Virus record (IMG/VR): IMGVR_UViG_2675903334_000001
Source of the DNA: a virus
Taxonomy: Duplodnaviria; Caudoviricetes
Length of the DNA: 64,000 nucleotides
Direction: 5' to 3' (one strand)
In this document: piece by piece, positions 36,851 to 46,232 of the stretch
Layout of the letters: each line of letters starts with the position of its first letter
Position numbering within the stretch: position 1 is the stretch's first letter
Notes under the pieces: generated by a model
The model's input: the letters and a program-made list of their open reading frames with translations, nothing else
Database searches by the model: none
Told to the model about the DNA's origin: nothing
Made by a program: the position numbers and the translations under genes

Positions 36851-36969
36851 TGACCTGCACCGATACACACGCCCCGAAGGGTCATAACCGCAGGTCAGGG
36901 CCCCTCCCCCCGAAAATGTCCGGGTGGGGGGCCTTCCTGACCCCCGGAGGCTCCCGTCAGGTTTTTTTT
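36851..36969. other. Probable cos/packaging initiation region
   Basis: Between HNH/ATPase and terS; inverted TGACCTGC/GCAGGTCA, C-tract/G-tract pair, CCTGAC/GTCAGG, T8. Confidence 0.55.
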
Positions 36970-36983
36970 GAACGCGGCGCGCG

Positions 36984-37385
36984 ATGACCGTGACAGCCAA
37001 GCCAGCGAAGGCCACCGCGAAGTCAGCAAAGTCTCCAGCTAAACGGGCAACGTGTCGGCCACCGGTCCCGCAGAAGACCGTCGGGCAGCGGCTCATCGAG
37101 GAACTCTCGCAAGACGACGACCCGTACCCGCTACAGCTCATCATTGAGCAGGCCGGGTACGCCGCCGACTACCTGGCCCGGCTCAACGCCCTGCTGGACG
37201 GCGACCGGGAGGCCTGGCTACAGCTCAAGATCGGCGCTAAGACCGTCGAGGTTGTGGTGAACAACGTGCTGGTGCAACAGCGCCAGCAGGCCGAGCAGAT
37301 GCGCAAGCTGATCACCGAGGTCTATCGTCAGCGCGCCGCGCTGCCGGCTGATCCTGATGATGACGACGTGCTTGCCGGTATCTGA
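36984..37385 (+). CDS. Terminase small subunit
   Basis: 133 aa directly upstream of and overlapping terL. Confidence 0.75.
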   Translation: MTVTAKPAKATAKSAKSPAKRATCRPPVPQKTVGQRLIEELSQDDDPYPLQLIIEQAGYAADYLARLNALLDGDREAWLQLKIGAKTVEVVVNNVLVQQRQQAEQMRKLITEVYRQRAALPADPDDDDVLAGI

Positions 37386-38946
37386 CCCGGCGGCGCGCCA
37401 GTGGCCAGAGTTCATCGGCTTGTGGCCACGCCTGAAGGGCAGTCAGACACCACGTTTCGAGTCCCGCCACCCTGGCGATGAGTCGTGGGGTGATCGCGCG
37501 GCGCGCTTGGGGTCGCGGATCGGTGTGCGCTGCATGCCCTGGCAGTGGCTCACCTTGCGTGCGGTGCTCTCGCTGCAGGAGCCCAACGAGTGGGGCGATC
37601 GGGTCTGGACGCACCGCGATGTGTGCATCGAGTGCCCGCGCCAGAACGGCAAGACCCTGATTGTGGTGCTACGCATCATCTTCGGAATGCTGGTGCTGGG
37701 GGAGAAGATCGCCTACACCGCCCAGGAGTGGGAGACGGCCAAGGATGTGTTTGGCCGATGCGTCGATGTCATCGAGCGCATCCCGTCTTTGAAGAAGCGT
37801 CTGCGATCCGAGCCAACCTCGGCCGGCAACCGCGGCCTGATCAAGCTCGGCAACGGCGAAGCCAAGTTCGGGCCGCGCACCGCCAAGTTCGGGCGCGGCC
37901 TGACCGAGGTGGATCTGCTGATCCTCGATGAGGCCTACGACCTCACCGCCCAAGCCGAGGCCAGCTTGACCGGCGCGACCCGCGCCTCGACCAAGTCGAC
38001 CGGCCCGCAGATCTGGTATGTCTCAACGCCTCCGGTGGCCGCGGTGCACCCGAACTGCCAGATCCTCACCGGGATGCACAACCTGGGGCACAAGCGGTCC
38101 CCGGATCTGTACTACGCCCTGTATGCGGTACCGGAGGGCACCGAGCTCGGCGATATCGACGCCTACCGCCTGGCACACCCGTCTTTGGGCGTTGTGGGTG
38201 ATGAGCAGGAGCTGGAAGCCAAGCGGCGCAAGGCCCGTACCGCCGAACAGCGGGCGATCTTCACCGCCGACTACCTCGGGATTGGCGACTATCCGCCCGA
38301 TGGGGACGAGGTCGGCTCGCCGATTCCGAACTGGAGCGACATGGCGAACGCCGAGGCCAAGCTCACGGGGGCACGCACCATCGCGGTGCGGCGGTCCTGG
38401 AATCGTCAGGTGTGGTCGATCAGCGCCGCGCAGATGGCCCAGGACGGCAATATCCACGTCGAGGTGGCACCGCTGCGCACCGGGACCCATTCGCAGATCG
38501 CCGAATATCTGGTCGCCAAGGTCACCGCGTGGAACCCGGTAGCGCTGGTGATCGACCGTAAGAACACCGCGCAGGTACTTGAGCCGCTGCTCATCGCGGC
38601 CGGTATCGAACCGCTGATGATCGGCACGTCCGAGATCGCCCAGTCCTGCAGCGGTTTTCTGGCCGACGCCGATGCCGTCAGGTTGTCGCACAGCGATCAA
38701 GCGGTACTCAACGACGAGGTGGCCACCGCCAGCATGCGCGAGCTGCCCGGCGGCGATTTCGTCTGGACCGAGGAACCGGGCGGTGCGGGCATGCCGCTGA
38801 TGAACGTGTCCATGGCGCACTGGGCCCTACGTAAGTACGGAACCAAGGCACCCGCCAAGACCGTCGGTGCACGCACCGGGGCCACGCGAGAGCACCAATC
38901 ACACCGGAATAGCGCCGATTTCGACGCGATGAGCGCCGCATTCTAG
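37357..38946 (+). CDS. terL: Terminase large subunit
   Basis: CPRQNGKT Walker A, LLILDEAY Walker B. Confidence 0.95.
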   Translation: MMTTCLPVSDPAARQWPEFIGLWPRLKGSQTPRFESRHPGDESWGDRAARLGSRIGVRCMPWQWLTLRAVLSLQEPNEWGDRVWTHRDVCIECPRQNGKTLIVVLRIIFGMLVLGEKIAYTAQEWETAKDVFGRCVDVIERIPSLKKRLRSEPTSAGNRGLIKLGNGEAKFGPRTAKFGRGLTEVDLLILDEAYDLTAQAEASLTGATRASTKSTGPQIWYVSTPPVAAVHPNCQILTGMHNLGHKRSPDLYYALYAVPEGTELGDIDAYRLAHPSLGVVGDEQELEAKRRKARTAEQRAIFTADYLGIGDYPPDGDEVGSPIPNWSDMANAEAKLTGARTIAVRRSWNRQVWSISAAQMAQDGNIHVEVAPLRTGTHSQIAEYLVAKVTAWNPVALVIDRKNTAQVLEPLLIAAGIEPLMIGTSEIAQSCSGFLADADAVRLSHSDQAVLNDEVATASMRELPGGDFVWTEEPGGAGMPLMNVSMAHWALRKYGTKAPAKTVGARTGATREHQSHRNSADFDAMSAAF

Positions 38947-38960
38947 GAAAGGGGGCGAGC

Positions 38961-40352
38961 ATGGCTGATCAGACAGCACCGAAGAAGACCGCCGCCCCGC
39001 GCTCTGAACAGGGTTACGTGCTGAGCTCGGCCGGCGCGACGGGCTGGGGTGGGCCTACCGACCAATTCGAGCAGACCACCGACCTGATCTGGCCGCTATC
39101 GGTGTGGACCTACACACGCATGGTCCGCGAGGACGCGCGAATTGCGTCGGTGCTGAGGGCGATTGGGCTGCCGATCCGGCGCACCGCGTGGCGCATCCGT
39201 CAAAACGGCGCCACCGATGAGGTCACCGAGTTCATCGCCCGCAATCTGGGCCTGCCCATCGAGGGCGCCACCGAGCAGGACGAACCCCAGGCGCGGACCC
39301 GTGGCCGGTTCTCCTGGGATAAACACCTACAGCAGGCCCTCATGGCATTGCGGTATGGGCATGCGGTGTTCGAGCAGGTCTACCGCCTCGACGGCGAAGG
39401 CGCAGGTGCCCGTGCGGTGCTGCGCAAGCTCGCCCCGCGCCCCCAGGCCACCATCGCCAAGTGGAACGTCGACCGCGACGGCGGCCTGGTCTCGATCGAA
39501 CAACAGCCCTCCAGCGCGTTCACCGTGACCTCGCGCGGGTTGGCGATACCGGTTGGTGGACCGCTGGATTCGACTATTCCCGTCAACCGGCTCGTCGTGT
39601 ATGCGCACGAACCCGATCCGGGGGTGTGGATCGGCAACAGCCTGCTACGGCCCGCCTACAAGCATTGGAAGCTCAAAGACGAGCTGATGCGCATCGAGGC
39701 CGCCGCTGCCCGACGCCACGGCATCGGCGTGCCGTGGATCAAGGGCAACGAAACCGATTCGCAAGACGACGACCGCATGGATGCGCTGCTGGACATAGCC
39801 TCGAAGTACAGCGGCGGCGAATCAGCCGGTCTGGCCCTGACCGAGGGCGAAGAGGCCGGCATCATGTCGCCGCAGGGCACCCCGATGGACCCGCGGCGTG
39901 CGATCGAGTACCACGACCACCAGATGGCCCTGGTTGCGTTGGCGCACTTCCTGAATCTGGATGGCAAGGGCGGCTCGTACGCGCTGGCCAGCGTGCAAGC
40001 CGACACGTTTGTGCAGTCCGTGCAGACCGTCGCCGACGACATCCGCGACACCGCGCAGGCGCATGTGGTCGAGGATCTGGTCGACCTCAATTTCGGCGAA
40101 GACGAACCAGCCCCGCTGCTGGTGTTCGACGAGATCGGGTCACGCCAGGACGCCACCGCCGCCGCGCTGCAAATGCTCGTCAACGCAGGACTACTGACGC
40201 CCGACCCGCGTCTTGAGGCCTTCATCCGCTCGGCCACGGGCCTGCCCGGGCCCGACCCCAACGCACCCGAGACCGACACGGACCCCGCCGCCGAACCGGG
40301 CGATGAGCCCGGCAGCGCCGCGGACAGCACGAACGGAGATCGCACACAGTGA
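38961..40352 (+). CDS. Portal protein (DUF935/Mu gp29-like)
   Basis: Follows terL; YGHAVFEQVY, GNSLLRPAY..W..K, G.GSYALA motifs. Confidence 0.9.
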   Translation: MADQTAPKKTAAPRSEQGYVLSSAGATGWGGPTDQFEQTTDLIWPLSVWTYTRMVREDARIASVLRAIGLPIRRTAWRIRQNGATDEVTEFIARNLGLPIEGATEQDEPQARTRGRFSWDKHLQQALMALRYGHAVFEQVYRLDGEGAGARAVLRKLAPRPQATIAKWNVDRDGGLVSIEQQPSSAFTVTSRGLAIPVGGPLDSTIPVNRLVVYAHEPDPGVWIGNSLLRPAYKHWKLKDELMRIEAAAARRHGIGVPWIKGNETDSQDDDRMDALLDIASKYSGGESAGLALTEGEEAGIMSPQGTPMDPRRAIEYHDHQMALVALAHFLNLDGKGGSYALASVQADTFVQSVQTVADDIRDTAQAHVVEDLVDLNFGEDEPAPLLVFDEIGSRQDATAAALQMLVNAGLLTPDPRLEAFIRSATGLPGPDPNAPETDTDPAAEPGDEPGSAADSTNGDRTQ

Positions 40353-41602
40353 TGACCAGGAAGCCCAAGGCAGGCCAGCGCCCGCCCTGGTACAGCATCC
40401 GAGGCGCGGCCACCAGCGATGACGGACCGGCCGAGCTGCTGATCTACGACGAAATCGATTCGTGGTACGGCATTTCCGCCGAACAGTTCGTCCGCGACCT
40501 GGCCGGGATCGACAACGACGCCATCACGGTGCGCATCAACAGCCCCGGCGGCTCGGTGTTCGACGGCATCGCCATCCTCAACGCGCTTCGTGATCACCGG
40601 GCCACGGTGACCGTCGTGGTCGATAGCCTCGCGGCCTCGATCGCATCGGTGATCGCGATGGCAGGCGATGAGATCGTGATGAACCGGGGCAGCCAGATGA
40701 TGGTGCACAACGCGTGGGCGGTGTGTGTCGGCGATGCCCGCGACATGGAGAAGAGTGCGGCGCGACTTGCCCAGCACAACAGCAACATTGCGCAGATCTA
40801 CGCCGACCGCGCAGGCGGCACCGTGCAGGACTGGTTGGCGGTGATGGCCGAGGAAACCTGGCTGCTCGCCGACGAAGCGGTCGCGGCCGGTCTGGCCGAT
40901 CGCGTCATCGAGCTCCCCGATCCTGATGCGAAGTCGGCTACCGCGCGCGCCTCGGTGTTCGATCTGTCGGCGTTCCGCTATGCCGGCCGCCAGTGCGCCC
41001 CCGTGCCACGAATACCGCTGGTGCACAACAAGACCCCTCAGCCCGAAGCGGGCGAGGTTCACAGAGGAAAGGAGCCACTTGTGGCAACCCTGAATGAGGG
41101 CCTCGCCAAGCTGCTCGGTATCGACGCCGACGCTTCTGACGAGACCATCCTGTCCGCCGCCGCCGAAGCGCTCGACGAGCGCGCCGACGACGGCCAGGAA
41201 AACCAGGAAACCCCGCCTGCCGCGCCGACTTTGGAGCAGGCCACCGCGTTGGTGACCAAGGCAGGTTTGACGGTGGTTGAGAAGGCGCAGTACGAGGCCA
41301 CCGTCGCTGCCGCGCAGGCGGGCGCCGAGGCGCGGGCACAGCAGCTGCGCGAGGGCGACGAGCGCGTGGTCGATGCGGCCATCGCCGACGGCAAGATCGC
41401 CCCGGCACGCCGCGCCCACCACCTGCAGGCGCTGGCCGCTGACCGCGAGGGCCACGGCGCCGTGCTGGCCGCACTGGCACCCGGCCTGATCCCGTACGCC
41501 GAGGCAGGCCATTCCACACAGCCTGTCGATGGCCCGGTGCCCAACGATCTGAGCTGGTTTGACTCCGCGCCCGTCGCGCCGAGTTCGGAAGGAAAGGAAT
41601 AG
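40349..41602 (+). CDS. ClpP-like head maturation protease fused to scaffold
   Basis: RINSPGGSVFDG, AASIAS, MMVHNAW, ETWL. Confidence 0.92.
   Translation: MMTRKPKAGQRPPWYSIRGAATSDDGPAELLIYDEIDSWYGISAEQFVRDLAGIDNDAITVRINSPGGSVFDGIAILNALRDHRATVTVVVDSLAASIASVIAMAGDEIVMNRGSQMMVHNAWAVCVGDARDMEKSAARLAQHNSNIAQIYADRAGGTVQDWLAVMAEETWLLADEAVAAGLADRVIELPDPDAKSATARASVFDLSAFRYAGRQCAPVPRIPLVHNKTPQPEAGEVHRGKEPLVATLNEGLAKLLGIDADASDETILSAAAEALDERADDGQENQETPPAAPTLEQATALVTKAGLTVVEKAQYEATVAAAQAGAEARAQQLREGDERVVDAAIADGKIAPARRAHHLQALAADREGHGAVLAALAPGLIPYAEAGHSTQPVDGPVPNDLSWFDSAPVAPSSEGKE
41081..41602 (+). CDS. Nested in-frame scaffold protein (internal start)
   Basis: AAAGGAG SD then GTG at 41081, in frame with the protease. 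Confidence 0.6.
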   Translation: MATLNEGLAKLLGIDADASDETILSAAAEALDERADDGQENQETPPAAPTLEQATALVTKAGLTVVEKAQYEATVAAAQAGAEARAQQLREGDERVVDAAIADGKIAPARRAHHLQALAADREGHGAVLAALAPGLIPYAEAGHSTQPVDGPVPNDLSWFDSAPVAPSSEGKE

Positions 41603-41605
41603 ATC

Positions 41606-41983
41606 ATGACCAACGACAACGTAGGCGTCTACGAGCCCGGCCGGGACATCACCGGCCGCGCAACAGCGGCCGTCACCGGTAAGCGGTTCCTCAAGATCAG
41701 CGGCAACCGCACCGCCACCGGAAACATCGCCGTGGCGCACGCGGACGCGGCGGGCCGGGTATGCGGGGTCTCCAAGTACGACACCGCCAGCGGCGACATC
41801 GTCGGTGTGGCACGCGGCAATTCGCGCGTCACCCACGTGACCGCGGACGGCGCTATCGCCGCCTTCGCGGAGATCGAAGTCGGCACCGCGGGCAAGGCCA
41901 AGACCAAAGCCAGCGGTATCGCCGTCGGCTACGCACTGACCGCGGCGGCCGATGGCGCCGACGCCGAAATCAGCCTCTACTAG
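41606..41983 (+). CDS. Capsid decoration protein (DUF2190-like)
   Basis: 125 aa Ala/Gly-rich between scaffold and capsid. Confidence 0.75.
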   Translation: MTNDNVGVYEPGRDITGRATAAVTGKRFLKISGNRTATGNIAVAHADAAGRVCGVSKYDTASGDIVGVARGNSRVTHVTADGAIAAFAEIEVGTAGKAKTKASGIAVGYALTAAADGADAEISLY

Positions 41984-41998
41984 GAAAGGGCTACCACC

Positions 41999-42904
41999 AT
42001 GGCAACATCTCCCGTCGCGTACCCGCTGGGTGCGCCGGTCATCAACGACAACAAGATCTCGGTCGACCTGGCGTATAAGTCGCCGGGCCGGATCACCAAG
42101 CGGCTCTCGGATCTGACGCTGCAGAAGTTCATTGCCCCGGAGCTGTTTTCGTCCTCCGGGGCGAGCACCACGACCGGGGCGATCATCTACGACGTGATCC
42201 GGATCAACGAGCTGTACACCAAGAACGACGTGGAACAGCGCGGGCCGTCCGATGAGTACACGATCGTTCAGGGTGAGCGCTCCCAGCCCGAGGTCGCCAA
42301 GTCCGAGGACTGGGGTGGCAAGTTCTGGATGTCCGATGAGGCCATCCGGCGCAACGACACCGCGCAGATGGACCGCCTGACCACCCAGCTGGCCAATACC
42401 CTGGTACGCAAGATCAATCAGCGCACCGTGGCCGTGCTGGAGGCCGTGATCGCAAGCCTGGGTGGCGCTGGTGTGGTGCCCGGTCACGACTGGGGCAATG
42501 TCACCTTGTCCGGCAACACCCCGACGCCGAACAACGAACGCCCGTTCGCCGACATCATCGGGGCACAGCTGGCCGCCGATGTCGAAGAACTCGGCTACGT
42601 CTACAACGTGTGGGTGCTCAACCCCGTGCAGTACGCGGATCTGCGCATCGCCTACGGCCCCGAGCTTGACGCAGTGCTACGCGATGGCGATATCTCAACC
42701 TTCGTCTCCAATCGCGTGACACCCGGAACCGCCTATGCCGCAGTGCGTGGTGGTGTCGGGTTCCTGGACTACGAGCAGATGCTCTCCACCGAGACCTGGC
42801 GCACCCCGGAGAACAAGAAGAACTGGGTGCAGACCTCGGTGCTGCCCATCATGGGCGTCACCGATCCGTACGCCGTCAAGAAGGTCACCGGACTGGCGGG
42901 CTAG
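41999..42904 (+). CDS. Major capsid protein
   Basis: 301 aa, strong SD, canonical position. Confidence 0.88.
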   Translation: MATSPVAYPLGAPVINDNKISVDLAYKSPGRITKRLSDLTLQKFIAPELFSSSGASTTTGAIIYDVIRINELYTKNDVEQRGPSDEYTIVQGERSQPEVAKSEDWGGKFWMSDEAIRRNDTAQMDRLTTQLANTLVRKINQRTVAVLEAVIASLGGAGVVPGHDWGNVTLSGNTPTPNNERPFADIIGAQLAADVEELGYVYNVWVLNPVQYADLRIAYGPELDAVLRDGDISTFVSNRVTPGTAYAAVRGGVGFLDYEQMLSTETWRTPENKKNWVQTSVLPIMGVTDPYAVKKVTGLAG

Positions 42905-42950
42905 CCCCCGCCAGTTTTGGCTCAGCCCAACAGGTAAGGAGTTTGTTGAC

Positions 42951-43415
42951 ATGGCACAACATGTGGTGACGGCGGCGATGTGGGAGTACCGCACACCCGA
43001 GGGGAAACGCCGGCGCGCGTTTTTCGGCGATACCGTCGAGCTCACCGACCGGGAAGCCGAGCGCGGGTTCAGCGTGGGCGCGCTCGGCGTCGAGCTGCCG
43101 GCCGAATCGACCGATGACGACAGCGATCCGGCCGACGCGACCACCACCGGTGACGGCGAGGACGGCGCGGACGGTGGTGGGAGTGATGGTGGGGATGGCG
43201 ATCCCGACCCCACCGCAGGCGCAGCCGGTGACCCGGTTGATGCCACCAGCACCGAGACCGGCACCGAGGGTGATGCACCGCGAAAGAGGCCGCTCAAGGC
43301 TGCGACCAAGCCCGTCCTGGTCGACTGGCTGATGGCCAACGGCACCTACGACCGCGGCGAGCTGGAGGATCAGGACAAGGACGACCTGTGGGCCTTGATC
43401 GAGGCCACGGACTAG
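42951..43415 (+). CDS. Head-associated protein with acidic linker
   Basis: AAGGAG SD; C-terminal KPVLVDWL...DKDDLW. Confidence 0.65.
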   Translation: MAQHVVTAAMWEYRTPEGKRRRAFFGDTVELTDREAERGFSVGALGVELPAESTDDDSDPADATTTGDGEDGADGGGSDGGDGDPDPTAGAAGDPVDATSTETGTEGDAPRKRPLKAATKPVLVDWLMANGTYDRGELEDQDKDDLWALIEATD

Positions 43416-43419
43416 CACC

Positions 43420-43782
43420 GTGGCCGAATTCCTTGACGTAGAGGCGTTCGCCGCCATGTATCAGCCGCTGACGGCTGCTGAGAAACTGGTGGCGGCGCCT
43501 CTACTGACGGTTGTCTCCGATTGGATCCGCGATAAGAAGCCCAACATTGCCGACGACGATCCGGCCGCCAAGATCGTCACCTTCGAAGTCACCCGAGAGG
43601 CGCTGATCTACGGCGAATTCGGCCCGGTGTCTTCATTCACCAAGACGGTCGCCCACCGCACCAAACAGGCCGCGATCGACCGCGAAGCCGTCGAGAAGTT
43701 CATCGCGCGCCGTCACTACCGCATGCTCGGTATCGCGGTACAGGCCAAGGCGCGCGGCCACTTCCCGAAGGGTGACTACTGA
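43420..43782 (+). CDS. Head-to-tail adaptor
   Basis: Position and size. Confidence 0.65.
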   Translation: MAEFLDVEAFAAMYQPLTAAEKLVAAPLLTVVSDWIRDKKPNIADDDPAAKIVTFEVTREALIYGEFGPVSSFTKTVAHRTKQAAIDREAVEKFIARRHYRMLGIAVQAKARGHFPKGDY

Positions 43783-44189
43783 TGGACACCCTGGGCGGGC
43801 AGCGGCTCGGCATCGTGTGGGATGTGCCGGTGCTCGACGGGCAGGGCAATCCGGTCCTCGATGAGTACCGCAAGCCGCAGACCGCCGAACACGTTGTGTG
43901 GGTGGATAACTGCCTATTCGAGGTGCAATCGACGTCTGAGGACAATCAGGCCATCACCACCACGACCAGCGAGCAAGCGTGGGCGTTCCTGCCGGTCATC
44001 GATGGCCATATCCCCGCCGTCGATGGCAGTGGCGCCGCCGCGCCGGTCGCCGTTGTCGATATCGGTTCGGCGCACCGGATTCGCCACCTGGGCCGCGATC
44101 ACGGCATGGTCGGTGACGCGGTGCTCGAGTTCGACCTCGACGGCCGCGAAGATCACGTGTTCTGTATCTGTGAGCGCAGGGTCGGCTGA
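43782..44189 (+). CDS. Head-to-tail stopper
   Basis: Position and size. Confidence 0.6.
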   Translation: MDTLGGQRLGIVWDVPVLDGQGNPVLDEYRKPQTAEHVVWVDNCLFEVQSTSEDNQAITTTTSEQAWAFLPVIDGHIPAVDGSGAAAPVAVVDIGSAHRIRHLGRDHGMVGDAVLEFDLDGREDHVFCICERRVG

Positions 44190-44551
44190 TGGCCACGGAG
44201 CGCAGACCCAACCCGCTGGTGGCGTTGGGTGTGCCGCAGTCGGTGATCGACAAGGCGATCCACACCTCGGCGCAAGCCAAGGCCGAGAAGGCGCGCGTCG
44301 GCAAGCAGATGGCCGCACACGCCAAGTCCATCTCGCCGGCCGATCACGGCGACTACGGCGCGGCATGGAAAGTGCAGCAGGGCAAGGGCCGCGACGATGA
44401 CACCAAGGTCGTCAACGACAACTTCAAAGCCCACTGGATTGAGGACGGCACCGGGGGCACCAGCCCGACACCGGAATTCGCCGTCGCGGCCAAGACCGCC
44501 ATAGCGTTCGGCGGCACCGCCGCCGATGTCATCAATAGGCCCGAGCGATGA
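44189..44551 (+). CDS. Neck protein (HK97 gp10-like)
   Basis: SPADHGDY...AHWIEDGT motif. Confidence 0.7.
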   Translation: MATERRPNPLVALGVPQSVIDKAIHTSAQAKAEKARVGKQMAAHAKSISPADHGDYGAAWKVQQGKGRDDDTKVVNDNFKAHWIEDGTGGTSPTPEFAVAAKTAIAFGGTAADVINRPER

Positions 44552-44958
44552 GCGTCGCGCTGCATGAGCAGATGCCCCCCAACGCGATCGTGATGATGCT
44601 CGCCCATCTGGCACCGCTGGGGCCGTGCGAGATGGAACGTAACCCCGACGATCCGCTGCCGTTTCGTCAGGTGAACATGATCGACGGCACCTACGACGCC
44701 AACCTGTTCTACTGCACCGCCGTCCTGTCGATCCACACCTTCGGTGCGACCATCACCGAAGCCCAACGCGAGGGCGCCAAGACCGACCAGCGCATCATGC
44801 TGCTCGGCAGCCAGATCGTGGATGTGCCCATGCCCGATGGCACCGTGGCCAACATCGACTACCTCGACTTCCAGCAGCTCTCAACGCTGCGCGAGTACAA
44901 GGCCGACAACGCATTTCGCCTCAAGGCGATCTGCGAACTCGGCCTGTCGTTCATCTAA
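44548..44958 (+). CDS. Tail terminator
   Basis: Position before major tail gene. Confidence 0.65.
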   Translation: MSVALHEQMPPNAIVMMLAHLAPLGPCEMERNPDDPLPFRQVNMIDGTYDANLFYCTAVLSIHTFGATITEAQREGAKTDQRIMLLGSQIVDVPMPDGTVANIDYLDFQQLSTLREYKADNAFRLKAICELGLSFI

Positions 44959-45050
44959 TCGTCGCGATCAACTGATCGCGTCGCGGCCTATGCCGCACCT
45001 CAATCGCCGGAACCCTTTCCGGTTCATCACCTCTGAAAGGAGAGCGTCAC

Positions 45051-46136
45051 ATGACGCAACCCACACCCGGCGTTGGCTGGAGCGACGGCGGATTCAGTGA
45101 CACCGACAACCGGTTCGCCATCCGCGGCCCACTGGTAGCAGTGCTGATTCGCGACTACCGGGGTGCGCTGACGGACATCAGCCCCCACGTGTTCAATCCC
45201 CTGACCCCCGATGGCGGACTCCGCCCGGACCTGTTCGCGCAGCGCAAGATCGGCGGCAACTGGATCAACAACCCCGAGCCCAACGAGGGCTGGCTGTTCA
45301 TGGGTGCCAACACCAAGACCGGCGGCCCCGAGCGCGAGCCGAACATCGACGTGAGTCCGCTGGAGATCCTGCAGTCGAACTACCCGATCGAAAAGGACAT
45401 CACCAAGATCGAAAAGACGGTGAAGTTCACACCGATCGAATCGCTCAAGCCGCTGGTGAAGCGGGTGCGCAACAACCTGCCGCTACAGGACGACGACGGC
45501 AACCTGCTGGTCGAGGACGCCGGTCAGAAGGACTTCTTTGTCGGAACCCCGCTGGAAGCCGATTTCGTGCCCCGACAGCTGCTCTTGGTGCGCGCACGCT
45601 CGCGCGCGGGCGGCAAGCTGTACACCGTCGAGCCGATCCCGCTGTGCAAGCTCACCAAGATCGGCGCGGCCAAGATGGACAAGGAAGACCCCGACGCCGC
45701 CGAGCTGGAGTTCTCCCTGGAACCTGACCCGTTCTTCCTGATCCCCGACCCGCGCAACTCGGCCATCCTGATCCCCGGCCTGGATGGTGAATGGGTTGGC
45801 GGCAAGGGGTGGACCACGATCGGCGGCGTTCCCAAGGTGTCCAATACCGCGCCGACGGTCACCGCCGGTGCCGCCGGTAAGGCCTCGATCGTGCTCGCCG
45901 ATCCCACCGGCGCCGGTGATCCGTTCACCATCGAGGCCGAAAGCACCGTCGATGACGGGACGACCTGGCTGGAGGCCGTACTGGACAACCCGGGTGCTGT
46001 CGCCTCGGCGGGCGGCAACACCACGGTCAAGGTCAAGTCCGTGGCAGCCGGTGCGACCAAGTTCCGCGTGAAGGTGACCGGCACCAACGGCGCTTCGGTC
46101 TACACCCCGAAGTCCGCGGCCGTGACCATCACCTAG
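45051..46136 (+). CDS. Major tail protein with C-terminal Ig/Fn3-like extension
   Basis: AAAGGAG SD, 361 aa, upstream of chaperones and TMP. Confidence 0.85.
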   Translation: MTQPTPGVGWSDGGFSDTDNRFAIRGPLVAVLIRDYRGALTDISPHVFNPLTPDGGLRPDLFAQRKIGGNWINNPEPNEGWLFMGANTKTGGPEREPNIDVSPLEILQSNYPIEKDITKIEKTVKFTPIESLKPLVKRVRNNLPLQDDDGNLLVEDAGQKDFFVGTPLEADFVPRQLLLVRARSRAGGKLYTVEPIPLCKLTKIGAAKMDKEDPDAAELEFSLEPDPFFLIPDPRNSAILIPGLDGEWVGGKGWTTIGGVPKVSNTAPTVTAGAAGKASIVLADPTGAGDPFTIEAESTVDDGTTWLEAVLDNPGAVASAGGNTTVKVKSVAAGATKFRVKVTGTNGASVYTPKSAAVTIT

Positions 46137-46142
46137 AGATCT

Positions 46143-46176
46143 CACCTGGCGGGCGTTGGGCTGCGCCCGCCAGGTG
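46143..46176 (+). other. 13-bp stem hairpin after the major tail gene (terminator/stability element)
   Basis: CACCTGGCGGGCG-TTGGGCTG-CGCCCGCCAGGTG. Confidence 0.7.
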
Positions 46177-46232
46177 GGCCTCACTGTTTCCCAGCCCGAA
46201 AGCCCAAGCCCAACAGCCCGAAAGGAACAGTC

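Noticed and set aside
37357-38946. Intein or intron in terminase
   Set aside because: Normal length, continuous motifs, no intein splice-junction signature
39656-42487. 943-aa reverse-strand ORF
   Set aside because: Antisense shadow of portal/protease/capsid genes caused by high GC3; no motifs, promoter or SD. The same applies to 7239-8663, 45483-46778, 48165-49394 and 53445-54617
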